DNA of 64,000 bases, taken from NCBI GenBank assembly GCA_002316315.1, contig DCDG01000022.1, forward strand, positions 51 through 64,050. Reading direction: 5' to 3'. The position numbers were made by a program, and so were the translations under genes. Every line of letters starts with the position of its first letter. Positions within the stretch are counted from its first letter, which is position 1. Below, one piece after another: positions 46,530 to 56,480 of the stretch. The DNA comes from Candidatus Aminicenantes bacterium UBA1061 (GTDB taxonomy: Bacteria; Acidobacteriota; Aminicenantia; Aminicenantales; Saccharicenantaceae). The notes under the pieces are model-generated. The model was not told the DNA's origin. It saw only the letters and a program-made list of their open reading frames with translations, and searched no databases.

Positions 46530-46708
46530 TTTTGACCTCGCTATTTTCTTTATTCCTGATTCGAAAGATGAGACCTGGCGAAAATTAGAGAGACTAGAGT
46601 GAAAATCAGGACATGATACGATTTTCTAAAATTGGTTCTTGTCCCCTGATTTTCCTTTGTTCCAATTTCCTTATAAATCATCATTTAAATCTCAAGACAT
46701 GTTTATTG

Positions 46709-47326
46709 TTATGAATAATGCAGGTTAATTTCTCTAAAAAAGTTTATCATTTTAGTAGGATTTTTCTTACCAGGAGATTCTTCCAGAGAGCTACAAACAT
46801 CAACACCAAAAGGCTTCATCTCTATAATTTTTCCAATATTCAAGGCTGAAAGACCACCTGCCACCACAATTTTCTTCCCGGTTTTTAAAGCTTCTCTTAA
46901 AAGCGACCTGGCGAGCTGCTTTCCTGTTCCGCCGTAGGCCACTCCGGAAAATGAATCAAGGAGAAAGATGTCACCCGGGAATTTTTTTAGCTTCTCCACA
47001 TCCGAGGTATCCTTAGCCCTGATGGCCTTCCAGTAAGGAAGGCCTAACTGGCGGCAGAAATCAGGCTCCTCATCTCCCTGCAGTTGAACAATATCCAGCC
47101 CCACATAATCATAAATTTCGCGGATTATGGATGCTTGCTCATTGACAAAGACACCAACCTTAATAGCTTGATATTTAGCCTGCCTGACCAGTTTCCGGGC
47201 CAGTTCTGGTTCTATAAAACGCAGTGATTTCCGATAAAATACAAATCCAGCATAATCAGCTCCCAGCTGACAGGCCAGGTTATAGTCAGCCTGGTTAGTT
47301 AAGCCGCAGATTTTAACTTTAACCAT
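46709..47326 (-). CDS. trpF: Phosphoribosylanthranilate isomerase
   Basis: MVKVKICGLTN...GADYAGFVF...LQGDE. Confidence 0.9.
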   Translation of the reverse strand: MVKVKICGLTNQADYNLACQLGADYAGFVFYRKSLRFIEPELARKLVRQAKYQAIKVGVFVNEQASIIREIYDYVGLDIVQLQGDEEPDFCRQLGLPYWKAIRAKDTSDVEKLKKFPGDIFLLDSFSGVAYGGTGKQLARSLLREALKTGKKIVVAGGLSALNIGKIIEMKPFGVDVCSSLEESPGKKNPTKMINFFREINLHYS

Positions 47327-48086
47327 TCATCAGCTCCCTGATCGCTTCAGCTACATCTTTTTGCCTTAAAAGATACTCACCGATTAAAACCCCTGAAAAA
47401 CCTTCTTTCCTTAATATAGCGATTTGCTCCGGGGAACTTATTCCAGACTCACTGATGAGATTGACGTCGGGCGGAATATATTTTCTCAGGCGCAAAGATG
47501 TTCTGAAGTCCACCTTAAATGTTTGAAGATTACGGTTATTAATGCCTATAATTGACGGCTTCAAGGGGAGGGTTTTTTCTATATCCTCTTCGTTATGAAC
47601 TTCCACCAGAACCTCCATCCCCAGGGCTGAGGAAGTCTCATACATCATTTTCAAGTTCTCTTTTGACAGGCTGGCAGCTATTAATAGAATAAAATCAGCT
47701 CCCAGATTATATGACTCATAGATCTGATAAGGATGAACCAGAAAGTCCTTGCGCAGGACAGGAATCTGCACCTTGTCCTTGACCACGCTCAGGTATTCTT
47801 TCTGCCCGGCGAAAAAGTTTTTCTCAGTAACAACCGAAATAGCTGCAGCTCCGGCCTGCTGATAACTCAGGGCCAGTTCTACCGGGTCTAAATCTTCTTT
47901 AATCAGTCCTCTGGAAGGCGAACTTTTTTTGACTTCGGCTATCAGGCAAAACTCCTGCTTAAGCCTTCTTAAGATATCACGAGGTTTTTCTCTCTTTTTT
48001 AAAGAAAAGCTGCCGGGAGAAAAAGCATGGAAATTAGCCTCCTCGTCTTTATTTATACCAGCAATTATTTTATTCAGAATGTTCAT
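47319..48086 (-). CDS. trpC: Indole-3-glycerol-phosphate synthase
   Basis: LIAEVKKSSPSRGLI, VLRKDFL, GINNRNL. Confidence 0.92.
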   Translation of the reverse strand: MNILNKIIAGINKDEEANFHAFSPGSFSLKKREKPRDILRRLKQEFCLIAEVKKSSPSRGLIKEDLDPVELALSYQQAGAAAISVVTEKNFFAGQKEYLSVVKDKVQIPVLRKDFLVHPYQIYESYNLGADFILLIAASLSKENLKMMYETSSALGMEVLVEVHNEEDIEKTLPLKPSIIGINNRNLQTFKVDFRTSLRLRKYIPPDVNLISESGISSPEQIAILRKEGFSGVLIGEYLLRQKDVAEAIRELMNG

Positions 48087-49681
48087 AGACTCTCCTGGTT
48101 GGAAAACATGATCAGTTCATCCAGTTTTTGCCTGGCTTTCCCGAAATCAATCGCTTCGGCGGCCAGATCAAGTGCTTCTTTAAAATCAGAGGCAACTTCT
48201 GAAAGGTAGATAGCAGCTGCCGCATTAAGCAACACCGCATCTCTCTGAGGACCCTTCTGGCCCTCCAGAATGGACAATACAATTTCACAATTGGTTTTTA
48301 AGTCCCCACCTTTGAGGCTTTCTGACTGGCAGCAGGAAAATCCAAAATCCTGAGGGTCAAAGACAAAGCTTCTCATCCAGTCATTATTTATCTCTATAAT
48401 TTCAGTCTGGCCGGCCAGGGTTATTTCGTCCAGGCCATCCTGGCCATGAACGACCATGGCCCTTCTCGCTCCAAGAGAAATGAGCGACCTGGCCATTTTC
48501 TCCATTATATCTTCACTGAAGACGCCTATGATCTGACAGTCTGCCCCGGCCGGATTAGCCAATGGTCCCAGAATGTTAAAAACTGTCCTGATACCTATTT
48601 CGACCCTGACAGGTAGCGCGTGCTTCATTGACTGATTGAGCTTCGGAGCAAAAAGAAAAGCGATACCAATTTCACTTAGAGCCCTTTCCATAACTTCTTG
48701 AGGAGCAGCAATATTTACTCCCAGGGCTTCCAACAGGTCAGCACTACCGCAGCGGGAAGTTACTGAACGATTGCCATGCTTGGCCACCGTCACCCCAGCC
48801 CCGGCAGCAACGAGAGCAGCTGCCGTTGAGATATTAAAAGTGCCTTTAGCATCGCCCCCCGTTCCACAGGTATCAACCACCAGTTTTCCCTCTGGTCTTG
48901 AAATCCTGGTAGCTTTTCTTCTCATCACCCGGGCCAGTCCGGTAAGCTCAGACACTGCTTCTCCCTTGGTCCCCAAAGCTGTCAGGAAAGAAGCTATTTG
49001 CGAAGGTGTAGCTTGTCCCGAGGTTATTTCAGTCATAACCTTTTCTGCTTCAGCCTCATCCAGATCAACACCCCGGTAGACTTTGCTAATAGCTGTCTGG
49101 ATAATTGATGGATTTGGTCTGGGGCTTAAAAAATTAGCCAGGAGCTCCAGGCCGGATTCCGTCCCAACTGACTCGGGATGAAATTGCACTCCCTCCAGAC
49201 TGTAGAGCTTGTGCCTGACCCCCATGATATCTCCTTCTTCTGTCCAGGCAGAAATTTCCAGTTCCTCTGGCAACGAGGTCTTTTTGATGACCAAGGAATG
49301 ATATCTAATCGCCCGAAAAGGATTTTTTATCCCGCTGAATATCCCATTTCCGTCATGATAGATGTCCGATGATTTGCCATGATAAAGGGCTGGTGCCCCG
49401 ACTATTTCTCCACCCAATGCCTGGCCAATACACTGATGGCCAAGGCAGATGCCGAGAATGGGAATTTTTCCTTTTAATTGCCGGATAATTTCCAGACTTA
49501 TTCCAGCTCCCTCCGGCCTGCCTGGCCCGGGTGAGATAATAATATGCGAAGGTTGGAGCTGGTTAATGTCTTCAATGGTCAGTGCATTATTTCTTTGGAC
49601 GGTGACCTCATAGCCCAATTTCCTTATATACTGATAAATATTGTAGGTAAAGGAATCAAAATTATCGATTAAAAGGATCAT
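48083..49681 (-). CDS. trpD: Fused anthranilate synthase component II (TrpG, class I GATase) / anthranilate phosphoribosyltransferase (TrpD)
   Basis: N-terminal ILLIDNFDSFTYN...ILGICLGHQCI...FHPES. C-terminal DTCGTGGDAKGTFNISTAAA...VAKHGNRS. Confidence 0.92.
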   Translation of the reverse strand: MILLIDNFDSFTYNIYQYIRKLGYEVTVQRNNALTIEDINQLQPSHIIISPGPGRPEGAGISLEIIRQLKGKIPILGICLGHQCIGQALGGEIVGAPALYHGKSSDIYHDGNGIFSGIKNPFRAIRYHSLVIKKTSLPEELEISAWTEEGDIMGVRHKLYSLEGVQFHPESVGTESGLELLANFLSPRPNPSIIQTAISKVYRGVDLDEAEAEKVMTEITSGQATPSQIASFLTALGTKGEAVSELTGLARVMRRKATRISRPEGKLVVDTCGTGGDAKGTFNISTAAALVAAGAGVTVAKHGNRSVTSRCGSADLLEALGVNIAAPQEVMERALSEIGIAFLFAPKLNQSMKHALPVRVEIGIRTVFNILGPLANPAGADCQIIGVFSEDIMEKMARSLISLGARRAMVVHGQDGLDEITLAGQTEIIEINNDWMRSFVFDPQDFGFSCCQSESLKGGDLKTNCEIVLSILEGQKGPQRDAVLLNAAAAIYLSEVASDFKEALDLAAEAIDFGKARQKLDELIMFSNQESL

Positions 49682-49698
49682 GTCATCCCCCTTTATTT

Positions 49699-51159
49699 TC
49701 AGTTTGTATCTTCCAGCGTTTTAACAAGAGCAGCAGCTTTATTTATGGTCTCTTCATATTCTTTTTCAGCCACCGAACCAGCGACAATACCGGCACCAGC
49801 CTGAATAGTAGCCTGACCATCCTTAAGCAGAATTGTCCTGATGGTAATACAGGAGTCAAAATTGCCGTTAAATCCAAGATAAAAAACCATCCCCCCATAG
49901 GGTCCCCTCTTCGACTTTTCCATTTCGCTGATAATTTCCATCGCTCTTATTTTAGGGGCACCGGTCAAAGTGCCGGCTGGAAAAGCAGCCTGAATGACAT
50001 CAAAGACATCGTATTTCTCATCCAGCTCGGCTTTGACGGTCGAAACAAGATGCATCACATGGGAATATTTCTCAACACTCATAAAATCATTAACCTCAAC
50101 GCTTCCTGGCCTGGCCACCCGGCCCAGGTCATTTCGGGCCAGATCAACCAGCATGATATGCTCGGCTCTTTCTTTAGGATCGGCCAGAAGGCTACTCGCC
50201 AGTTGATGGTCTTCCGTGAGAGAAGCCCCTCTTTTTCTGGTGCCGGCGATAGGTCTGGTTAGAAGTTCTCTGTTCTGAACTCTAACCATCACTTCCGGTG
50301 ATGAACCAATAAGTGAAAAATTATCAAAGTCCAGGAAGAAAAGATAAGGAGAAGGGTTGATGATTCTTAACTTTTGATAGATTTCAAAAGGAGAAGCCTC
50401 TGTCCTGGCGGTAAACTTCTGAGAAACGACCACCTGAATAATTTCACCCTGACTGATATATTCCTGACAGCGGTTGACACGCTTTAAAAATTCCTCCTTC
50501 TCCAGGTCAGGCTTGATAAGAATTTTTGTTTGACTTTTTCTTTTTTCTCTCAAGTTCAGCGGGCGAGAGAGAAGAGTCAGAATGTCTTCAATCCTGGCCA
50601 GTGCCCTTTCATATTCTTTGAGGGCTGTCTCCCCGGGCGAAGTACTAACGATGACAAAAAGAGACCTCTTAACAGAATCGTAGATTAGAAGCACCTCAGG
50701 AATAACCAGGAGTCCATCAGGAATTCCTGTTCCATCATTTAGAACAGGAATATCCTCAAAATAGCTGGTCGTCTCATAGCCTAAATAGCCAATTGCTCCA
50801 CCGTAAAAAGGAGGCAGATTTTCATAGACAGGTGCCTTGCAGCCTGAAAAGTATTGGCGAACAGCTTCCAGTGGATTTTTGAGTCTTTCCTTCAAAACAA
50901 CGACAGGCCGGCCAGCTCTATTTTCAGTAATTTCAACCGATTGACCATTTAAAGCGATGGTGCATTTTCTGCCCAGCCCGACCATGGAAAAACGGCCGAC
51001 ATTTTCCCCCCGCTCAATAGATTCGAGAAGAAATTTTGCCCCGGTCTTATGAAAAATAGACAGCGGAGTTTCAAAATCAGCCATGACCTCCTTAAAGACA
51101 GGAATGATGGTGAAAGATTTAGCTTCAGCTAAATATTGTTCCTTAGATGGAAAAACCAT
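49699..51159 (-). CDS. trpE: Anthranilate synthase component I
   Basis: LLESIERGENVGRFS and GTLTGAPKIRAMEII...GPYGG. Confidence 0.93.
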   Translation of the reverse strand: MVFPSKEQYLAEAKSFTIIPVFKEVMADFETPLSIFHKTGAKFLLESIERGENVGRFSMVGLGRKCTIALNGQSVEITENRAGRPVVVLKERLKNPLEAVRQYFSGCKAPVYENLPPFYGGAIGYLGYETTSYFEDIPVLNDGTGIPDGLLVIPEVLLIYDSVKRSLFVIVSTSPGETALKEYERALARIEDILTLLSRPLNLREKRKSQTKILIKPDLEKEEFLKRVNRCQEYISQGEIIQVVVSQKFTARTEASPFEIYQKLRIINPSPYLFFLDFDNFSLIGSSPEVMVRVQNRELLTRPIAGTRKRGASLTEDHQLASSLLADPKERAEHIMLVDLARNDLGRVARPGSVEVNDFMSVEKYSHVMHLVSTVKAELDEKYDVFDVIQAAFPAGTLTGAPKIRAMEIISEMEKSKRGPYGGMVFYLGFNGNFDSCITIRTILLKDGQATIQAGAGIVAGSVAEKEYEETINKAAALVKTLEDTN

Positions 51160-51170
51160 TTTTATCCCCC

Positions 51171-52154
51171 TTAAACTAATTGACTCTTTCTAAGAAGCAG
51201 CAAATCAGCCAGAACAATGGCCACGGCTGCTTCGACGATGACTGGAATTCTAAGGGCAATACAGGTATCATGTCTGCCTTCGATTTCCAGATATTCCCGG
51301 CGGCCTGTTTTCAGATTAAAAGTCAACTGTGGTCGGGGAATGCTGGCCGTAGGTTTAACTGCCAGACGGAAGACAAGCGGATTGCCATTAGTGAGGCCTC
51401 CATTGATGCCTCCAGCGTGGTTAGTCGCGGTCTTCCCTTCCCGGCTGATAATCAAATCATTATGCTCGCTTCCCTTCATACCGGCTGAAGCAACGCCAGC
51501 CCCGAATTCAATGGCCTTAACACCGGGAATTGAAAAAATCAGATGAGAAATAAGCGACTCGACGGAATCAAAAAAAGGCTCGCCCAGGCCGGGCGGGACT
51601 CTGTTGGCCCGGCATTCAATTATTCCGCCGATTGAGTCCCTCTCTTTGACTGCTTGCTCAACAGCTTTTTGAATGTTTTTCTCTCCGCCAGCTTCAATAA
51701 GTCTGGCTCTGATAGAAACAGGTCTGATGATTTTTCTGGCCACGACTCCAGCCGCTACCAGCCCGACGGTCAGTCTCCCGGAAAAATGGCCACCACCGTG
51801 GAAGTCATTAAAGCCATAAAATTTCTGGCTGGCGGTCAGATCAGCCTGACCCGGTCTGGGTATATCTTTAAAAATTTCATAATCCTTACTTCTCATTTCC
51901 TGATTGCTAAATTCCAAACAGAGTGGTGCACCAGTTGTTTTCCCGTTAAAATGCCCACTTTTAATCACAACGGTATCAGCTTCGACCCGACTGGTGGTGC
52001 CAGCCTTACCACCTTTCCGCCTGGCCAGGTCTTTCTGAAAATCAGCTGTCTTTAGAGGTAAGCCAGGAGGACAGCCATCAATCAGTATGCCAGCAATCTT
52101 CCCATGAGATTCTCCATAAATATGAACCCGGAACAAGCGGCCAAAACTATTCAT
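51171..52154 (-). CDS. aroC: Chorismate synthase
   Basis: Start moved to MNSFGRLFRVHIYGESHG (ATG 52154, an ATGAATAG overlap with the aroA stop). Confidence 0.92.
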   Translation of the reverse strand: MNSFGRLFRVHIYGESHGKIAGILIDGCPPGLPLKTADFQKDLARRKGGKAGTTSRVEADTVVIKSGHFNGKTTGAPLCLEFSNQEMRSKDYEIFKDIPRPGQADLTASQKFYGFNDFHGGGHFSGRLTVGLVAAGVVARKIIRPVSIRARLIEAGGEKNIQKAVEQAVKERDSIGGIIECRANRVPPGLGEPFFDSVESLISHLIFSIPGVKAIEFGAGVASAGMKGSEHNDLIISREGKTATNHAGGINGGLTNGNPLVFRLAVKPTASIPRPQLTFNLKTGRREYLEIEGRHDTCIALRIPVIVEAAVAIVLADLLLLRKSQLV

Positions 52155-53418
52155 CGACTTTACCTCCAATTTTCCTGAAATCATCGAAAAAGTTTGGATA
52201 GGATTTAGAGACACAGGCCGGATCTTTTATCAAAATCTTTCCATCAGCTATGATGCCCGCTACAGCTGCGGCTATGGCCATTCGGTGATCATGATGAGGA
52301 TCGACAATTCCAGAAGATAAATGACTCCGGCGAATTTCCATCCAGTCGCCATTAATAGAAATATCTGCCCCAAGTTTGGAGAATTCTTCAGACAGGACTT
52401 TAGCTCGGTGGCTTTCTTTATGGGACAGCCGATTGACACCTTTAATTCTGGTCAGCCCCTCGCAGGCACAGGCCAGGACGGCCAGCGGTGGAAAAAGATC
52501 CGGGCAGTCAGTAGCGTCAAAGATAAAAGCCTTTAGGGTAGATTTTTCAACTTTTATTATGGCTGAATTGCGTTTGCCTGTTTTACTGCTTGTCTTATCA
52601 GAAGGAAAGCTGTCAATACTCAGTTGAGCTCCACAAGCCTCCAGAGCCTCGAGAATTTTTCTGTCACCCTGGCAGGAATCAAGTTCCAGGCCGCCTACAG
52701 TCACGTTGCCTCCAACTGCACCGGCTACCAGTAAAAAAGCGGCCGCACTCCAGTCGCCCTCGATTCTGTATTCCCTGGCCTGAAATTTTTGCCGGCCTTT
52801 GATGTAAAACTTCCGGTAATCTTCATTAAAGATGGAAATCCCAAAATCACCGGCCACTTTCAAGGTGATATCTATGTAGGCTTTGCTTTTTAAGTTCTCG
52901 ACTTCAAGGACAGAATCTTCTTCGGCGCAAGGCAAGGCCAGCAGCAAACCGGTTAGAAACTGAGAAGTGGTGGAGCCATCAACCGTCGCTCTTCCTCCCC
53001 GAAGTGGACCTTTAAGCCTCAAAGGAGGATAGCCAGCCTGGCTCTCACATTGAACACCAAGTGCCTGAAGTGGTTTTTCTATCATCCCGACTGGACGTCT
53101 GAACAAGGTGCCGCGGCCGGTAAGAATGATTTCTTCAGAGATGAGGGAAGCTAAGGCCGGAAACATCCGCAGGCAAAGTCCCGATTCTCCACAGTTCAAT
53201 TCCCTTTTTACAAGCTTTATTCCTCCTTTTATTTTTAGACGGTCACCCTCCTTCCAGATTTTTGCTCCGAGGTCTTGAGCTATTCCCAGAGCAGCTAAGG
53301 AGTCATCACAGAAAGAAGGATTGGCAATTTCAGTCATGCCATCTGAAAGAAGAGCCGCTGCGACAACTCTTTGCATAAAACTTTTGGAAGGAGGAGCTGC
53401 CACCGTTCCGCTAATCAT
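52147..53418 (-). CDS. aroA: 3-phosphoshikimate 1-carboxyvinyltransferase (EPSP synthase)
   Basis: Start moved to MISGTVAAPPSKSFMQR (ATG 53418, an 8-nt overlap with the upstream stop). Two-domain EPSPS pattern, with DHRMAIAAAVAG near the C-terminus. Confidence 0.9.
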   Translation of the reverse strand: MISGTVAAPPSKSFMQRVVAAALLSDGMTEIANPSFCDDSLAALGIAQDLGAKIWKEGDRLKIKGGIKLVKRELNCGESGLCLRMFPALASLISEEIILTGRGTLFRRPVGMIEKPLQALGVQCESQAGYPPLRLKGPLRGGRATVDGSTTSQFLTGLLLALPCAEEDSVLEVENLKSKAYIDITLKVAGDFGISIFNEDYRKFYIKGRQKFQAREYRIEGDWSAAAFLLVAGAVGGNVTVGGLELDSCQGDRKILEALEACGAQLSIDSFPSDKTSSKTGKRNSAIIKVEKSTLKAFIFDATDCPDLFPPLAVLACACEGLTRIKGVNRLSHKESHRAKVLSEEFSKLGADISINGDWMEIRRSHLSSGIVDPHHDHRMAIAAAVAGIIADGKILIKDPACVSKSYPNFFDDFRKIGGKVDE

Positions 53419-54790
53419 TGAACACCTCCCCAACTTCGCTCTCTATTTTGTCTGTCACTTCTTCCAGGCTCTTTTCGCTATTAACCATCAGATCAGCTGT
53501 AGTAAAATAGAGGCCTTTTCTTGTTTCATAGAGATTTTCAATTTCCTGCTGATTGCCTTTATCCAATAAAGGTCTTTTTGTTCCGCTGGCTCTTTTAAGA
53601 CATGTTTTGAGAGTCGAATACAAAAAAATGACAGTCGAATTTTCCTTAAGAACCTGACGGCTCTCTTCATCCATAATGGCCCCGGCTCCAGGTGAGAAAA
53701 CAGCTCCTCTCTCAGCAGCCAATTTTCTAATGGTCACCTTTTCCTGAGCTCTGAAATAAGCTTCACCTTTTTTATTAAATATCTCCTCTATGCTCATTTT
53801 TTCCCTGCTCTCAATCAGTCTGTCGGTATCAATGAATTTCAAACCCATTTTTGAAGCCAGTCTTTCTCCAATAGAAGTTTTGCCACTACCCATAAACCCG
53901 ACGAGTGTAATATTTCTCCTTTTCCTTGTGGTATCATCCTGATCAAAAAAAGAAGAAAAATTAGAAAGGACTTGTACCGCTGACGTCTGGCCGATAGGAG
54001 CTGGCTGCCTGCCTGAATCATGTGATCTAAAAGTTCCCGGCCCCACCTTTCCCCCCTTTTGCTGACTGAAAAAAATCTCCCGGGCCTCTACCGCCTGATG
54101 GAAGAGCCACTCTTCCCCACTAATGGCCTGACAACCAGCAGATGCGGCCAGCGGTAAGATGACAGGTTGCTTATAATTAGCTTCAAGGACAACCTGGTCC
54201 CTTTTCAGCCAGTTCTTGTTTATAAATCCTTCCCCGGAAGTTATAGCTGAAATGACAATCTGAGCTCCTTTTATAATATTGGCTAAAAACTCAGGTTCAG
54301 CCGCCTGGCAGCCCAGAGAGGCAGCTAATTTTCTGGCCTTTTCTGCAGTCCTGTTAACAATCGTTACTTCCGCCCCTCGTTGGATTAGACTAAAAGCCGC
54401 CGAGGCCCCGGCCCCACCCGCCCCGATGACCACACACTTTTTCCCGGCCAGTTGAATATTCCTTCTCTCCAGAGCCATAACGACTCCGGCTGGATCAGTG
54501 TTAAAGCCTTTAACCCCATCTCTCCACCTGGTAATGGTATTCACGCTGCCCGTGGCTGAAGCCACCTCATCAAGCTCTGAAAGATAGGGAATAATCTCAG
54601 TTTTAAAAGGAGAAGTAATGTTCATGCCATCAAAGCTAAAAGAATTAAAAATAAAAATTATTTCACCGGCTGAATCGGCCGCTATCCGTCCATAGACAGC
54701 TTCTCCTGGTAAATCTTTAAAAAAATGCTCAAAAATAAGGGGACTTTTACTGTGGAAAACAGGCGAGCCGGCGACCCCGAAAAACTTCAT
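53411..54790 (-). CDS. aroE: Fused shikimate dehydrogenase (AroE) / shikimate kinase (AroK)
   Basis: N-terminal HSKSPLIFEHFF plus the Rossmann motif VIGAGGAGASAA. After a roughly 50-aa linker comes the Walker A motif LVGFMGSGKTSIG...IDTD. Confidence 0.88.
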   Translation of the reverse strand: MKFFGVAGSPVFHSKSPLIFEHFFKDLPGEAVYGRIAADSAGEIIFIFNSFSFDGMNITSPFKTEIIPYLSELDEVASATGSVNTITRWRDGVKGFNTDPAGVVMALERRNIQLAGKKCVVIGAGGAGASAAFSLIQRGAEVTIVNRTAEKARKLAASLGCQAAEPEFLANIIKGAQIVISAITSGEGFINKNWLKRDQVVLEANYKQPVILPLAASAGCQAISGEEWLFHQAVEAREIFFSQQKGGKVGPGTFRSHDSGRQPAPIGQTSAVQVLSNFSSFFDQDDTTRKRRNITLVGFMGSGKTSIGERLASKMGLKFIDTDRLIESREKMSIEEIFNKKGEAYFRAQEKVTIRKLAAERGAVFSPGAGAIMDEESRQVLKENSTVIFLYSTLKTCLKRASGTKRPLLDKGNQQEIENLYETRKGLYFTTADLMVNSEKSLEEVTDKIESEVGEVFND

Positions 54791-54808
54791 TTCTTATTTC
54801 TCCTTCAT

Positions 54809-55459
54809 TTATCCCTCAAAATATTTCAGGATTGTTTTGAGGCTTTTTCGATCAAGTTGACCTTCAGCCGTTTCACTTCCAGGTTTAAAGGAAGCATAGG
54901 CAAAGGGTGCCCCGAGCAAAGGAGCAGCTACTCTGGTAATCTTTCCTTTCTGCCCCATTCCTAAAGAAATAATTTTTCCGGCCGCCGCTTCCTCAAGGCC
55001 ATAAAGAGAAAAAAGAGAAATGATGTCCTGACCGGAATTAACCTGGCAGGCTATCTTGGCAATATCCGCACCTTCCTGGAAGCATTTCCTGACCGTTCTA
55101 TTGAGTTCTATGGCTGGCGGAGTTTCCTGATAGTTATGGTAAGAGAGAATAACCAGACACCCTTTGTTGCGGGCCAGGCTGATGATGTCCTGTTTAAAAG
55201 CTACCGGTGATTCGATTTCTAAATCAACATATTTTGCCCCGTAACAGATAGCTTCGAGCAAATACTGCTTTCTGTCTTCCTCTGAGAGAAAGCCAGGACG
55301 ACAGGTAACAATTAAGTCCAGAGGCAAGGAAAAAAGCTGTTTAATTTCGGCCCCAGTCAGGCTGGCTTTGTCCAGTCTGAGTTCCGCCAGATCAAGACCT
55401 TTTAATTTTTTTAGACTGTCTGAAACATTTGAAACTTCAAGACTCACACAGATCATCAA
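54809..55459 (-). CDS. aroD: 3-dehydroquinate dehydratase, type I
   Basis: 216 aa. MICVSL...AELRLD...ILSYHNY...IAKIA pattern of type I DHQase. Confidence 0.8.
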   Translation of the reverse strand: MMICVSLEVSNVSDSLKKLKGLDLAELRLDKASLTGAEIKQLFSLPLDLIVTCRPGFLSEEDRKQYLLEAICYGAKYVDLEIESPVAFKQDIISLARNKGCLVILSYHNYQETPPAIELNRTVRKCFQEGADIAKIACQVNSGQDIISLFSLYGLEEAAAGKIISLGMGQKGKITRVAAPLLGAPFAYASFKPGSETAEGQLDRKSLKTILKYFEG

Positions 55460-56477
55460 TAGCTTCCCCCACTTCTGAAAATCGCAGTCTCTCTACCGAG
55501 GCTTCGCCTATAGACCTTAAAAGGACAAAATCAATCATCTGACCGGACTTCTTTTTGTCCTGATGTATCGGCTCAACAATTTTATCGCGGTCAAATTTCA
55601 TCGAGACCGGGAGCCCAAACATTTGAAGAAGTTTCCTGATTCTTGATGCTTCGGCCGCTTCTAACATATTTTTTTTAACCGAGAGATTAGCAGCCAGGAT
55701 CATTCCCAGACTCACCGCCTCTCCATGAGTAATCCGATAGGCCTTTTCCAGAGCATGGGCAAAAGTATGGCCAAAATTAAGCTTTTTCCTCTGCCCTCTG
55801 TCCTTTTCATCCAGAGAGACAATAGCCGTTTTTATTCTGACGGTCTCGCCAACTATTCTTCTCAATAGATCGTTATCGAGCCTGAGAGCCTGCTCTGATT
55901 CTTCTTCCAGCAATTCGAAAAGGTCACGACTGGCGATCGCCGCACATTTAATGATTTCTGAAAAGCCATTGGCCAGCTCTTTCGCCGGTAGAGTTTTCAG
56001 GAATGAAAAATCAATCAGGACAAAATCTGGTTGATTGACCACCCCGATCATATTTTTAAATCCATTCAGATTGACGCCGTTTTTCCCACCAATGGCCGCA
56101 TCAACCTGGGCCAGGAGGGTGGTGGGGACAAAACCAAACCTGAGCCCCCTCATAAAGGTTGAAGCAACAAAGCCGGTAATATCGCTAACCACACCGCCGC
56201 CAATTCCCAGAATGAAGGTAGATCTGTCGGCAGAGACACACAGCAGTTGTCTATAGATTGATTCAACGGTAAGCAGAGTTTTTGTGCCCTCGCCAGATTG
56301 GAGAATGATAATATCTCTGGCCGGCGGGAAAAGCTGGTTGTAGAGACGATTGACATTATCGTCAGTAATGATGATTATCTCCTGGCCTGCAAGACAAGCT
56401 GAAAGTTGACTCATAGAATCATCAATAAGGATCTGGCATCTTCCAGTTTCACCATGAAAATAAATTCTTTGACTCAT
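55437..56477 (-). CDS. aroB: 3-dehydroquinate synthase
   Basis: LGIGGGVVSDITGF, AAIGGKNGVN, NFGHTFAHALE. Confidence 0.92.
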   Translation of the reverse strand: MSQRIYFHGETGRCQILIDDSMSQLSACLAGQEIIIITDDNVNRLYNQLFPPARDIIILQSGEGTKTLLTVESIYRQLLCVSADRSTFILGIGGGVVSDITGFVASTFMRGLRFGFVPTTLLAQVDAAIGGKNGVNLNGFKNMIGVVNQPDFVLIDFSFLKTLPAKELANGFSEIIKCAAIASRDLFELLEEESEQALRLDNDLLRRIVGETVRIKTAIVSLDEKDRGQRKKLNFGHTFAHALEKAYRITHGEAVSLGMILAANLSVKKNMLEAAEASRIRKLLQMFGLPVSMKFDRDKIVEPIHQDKKKSGQMIDFVLLRSIGEASVERLRFSEVGEAIDDLCES

Positions 56478-56480
56478 GGC

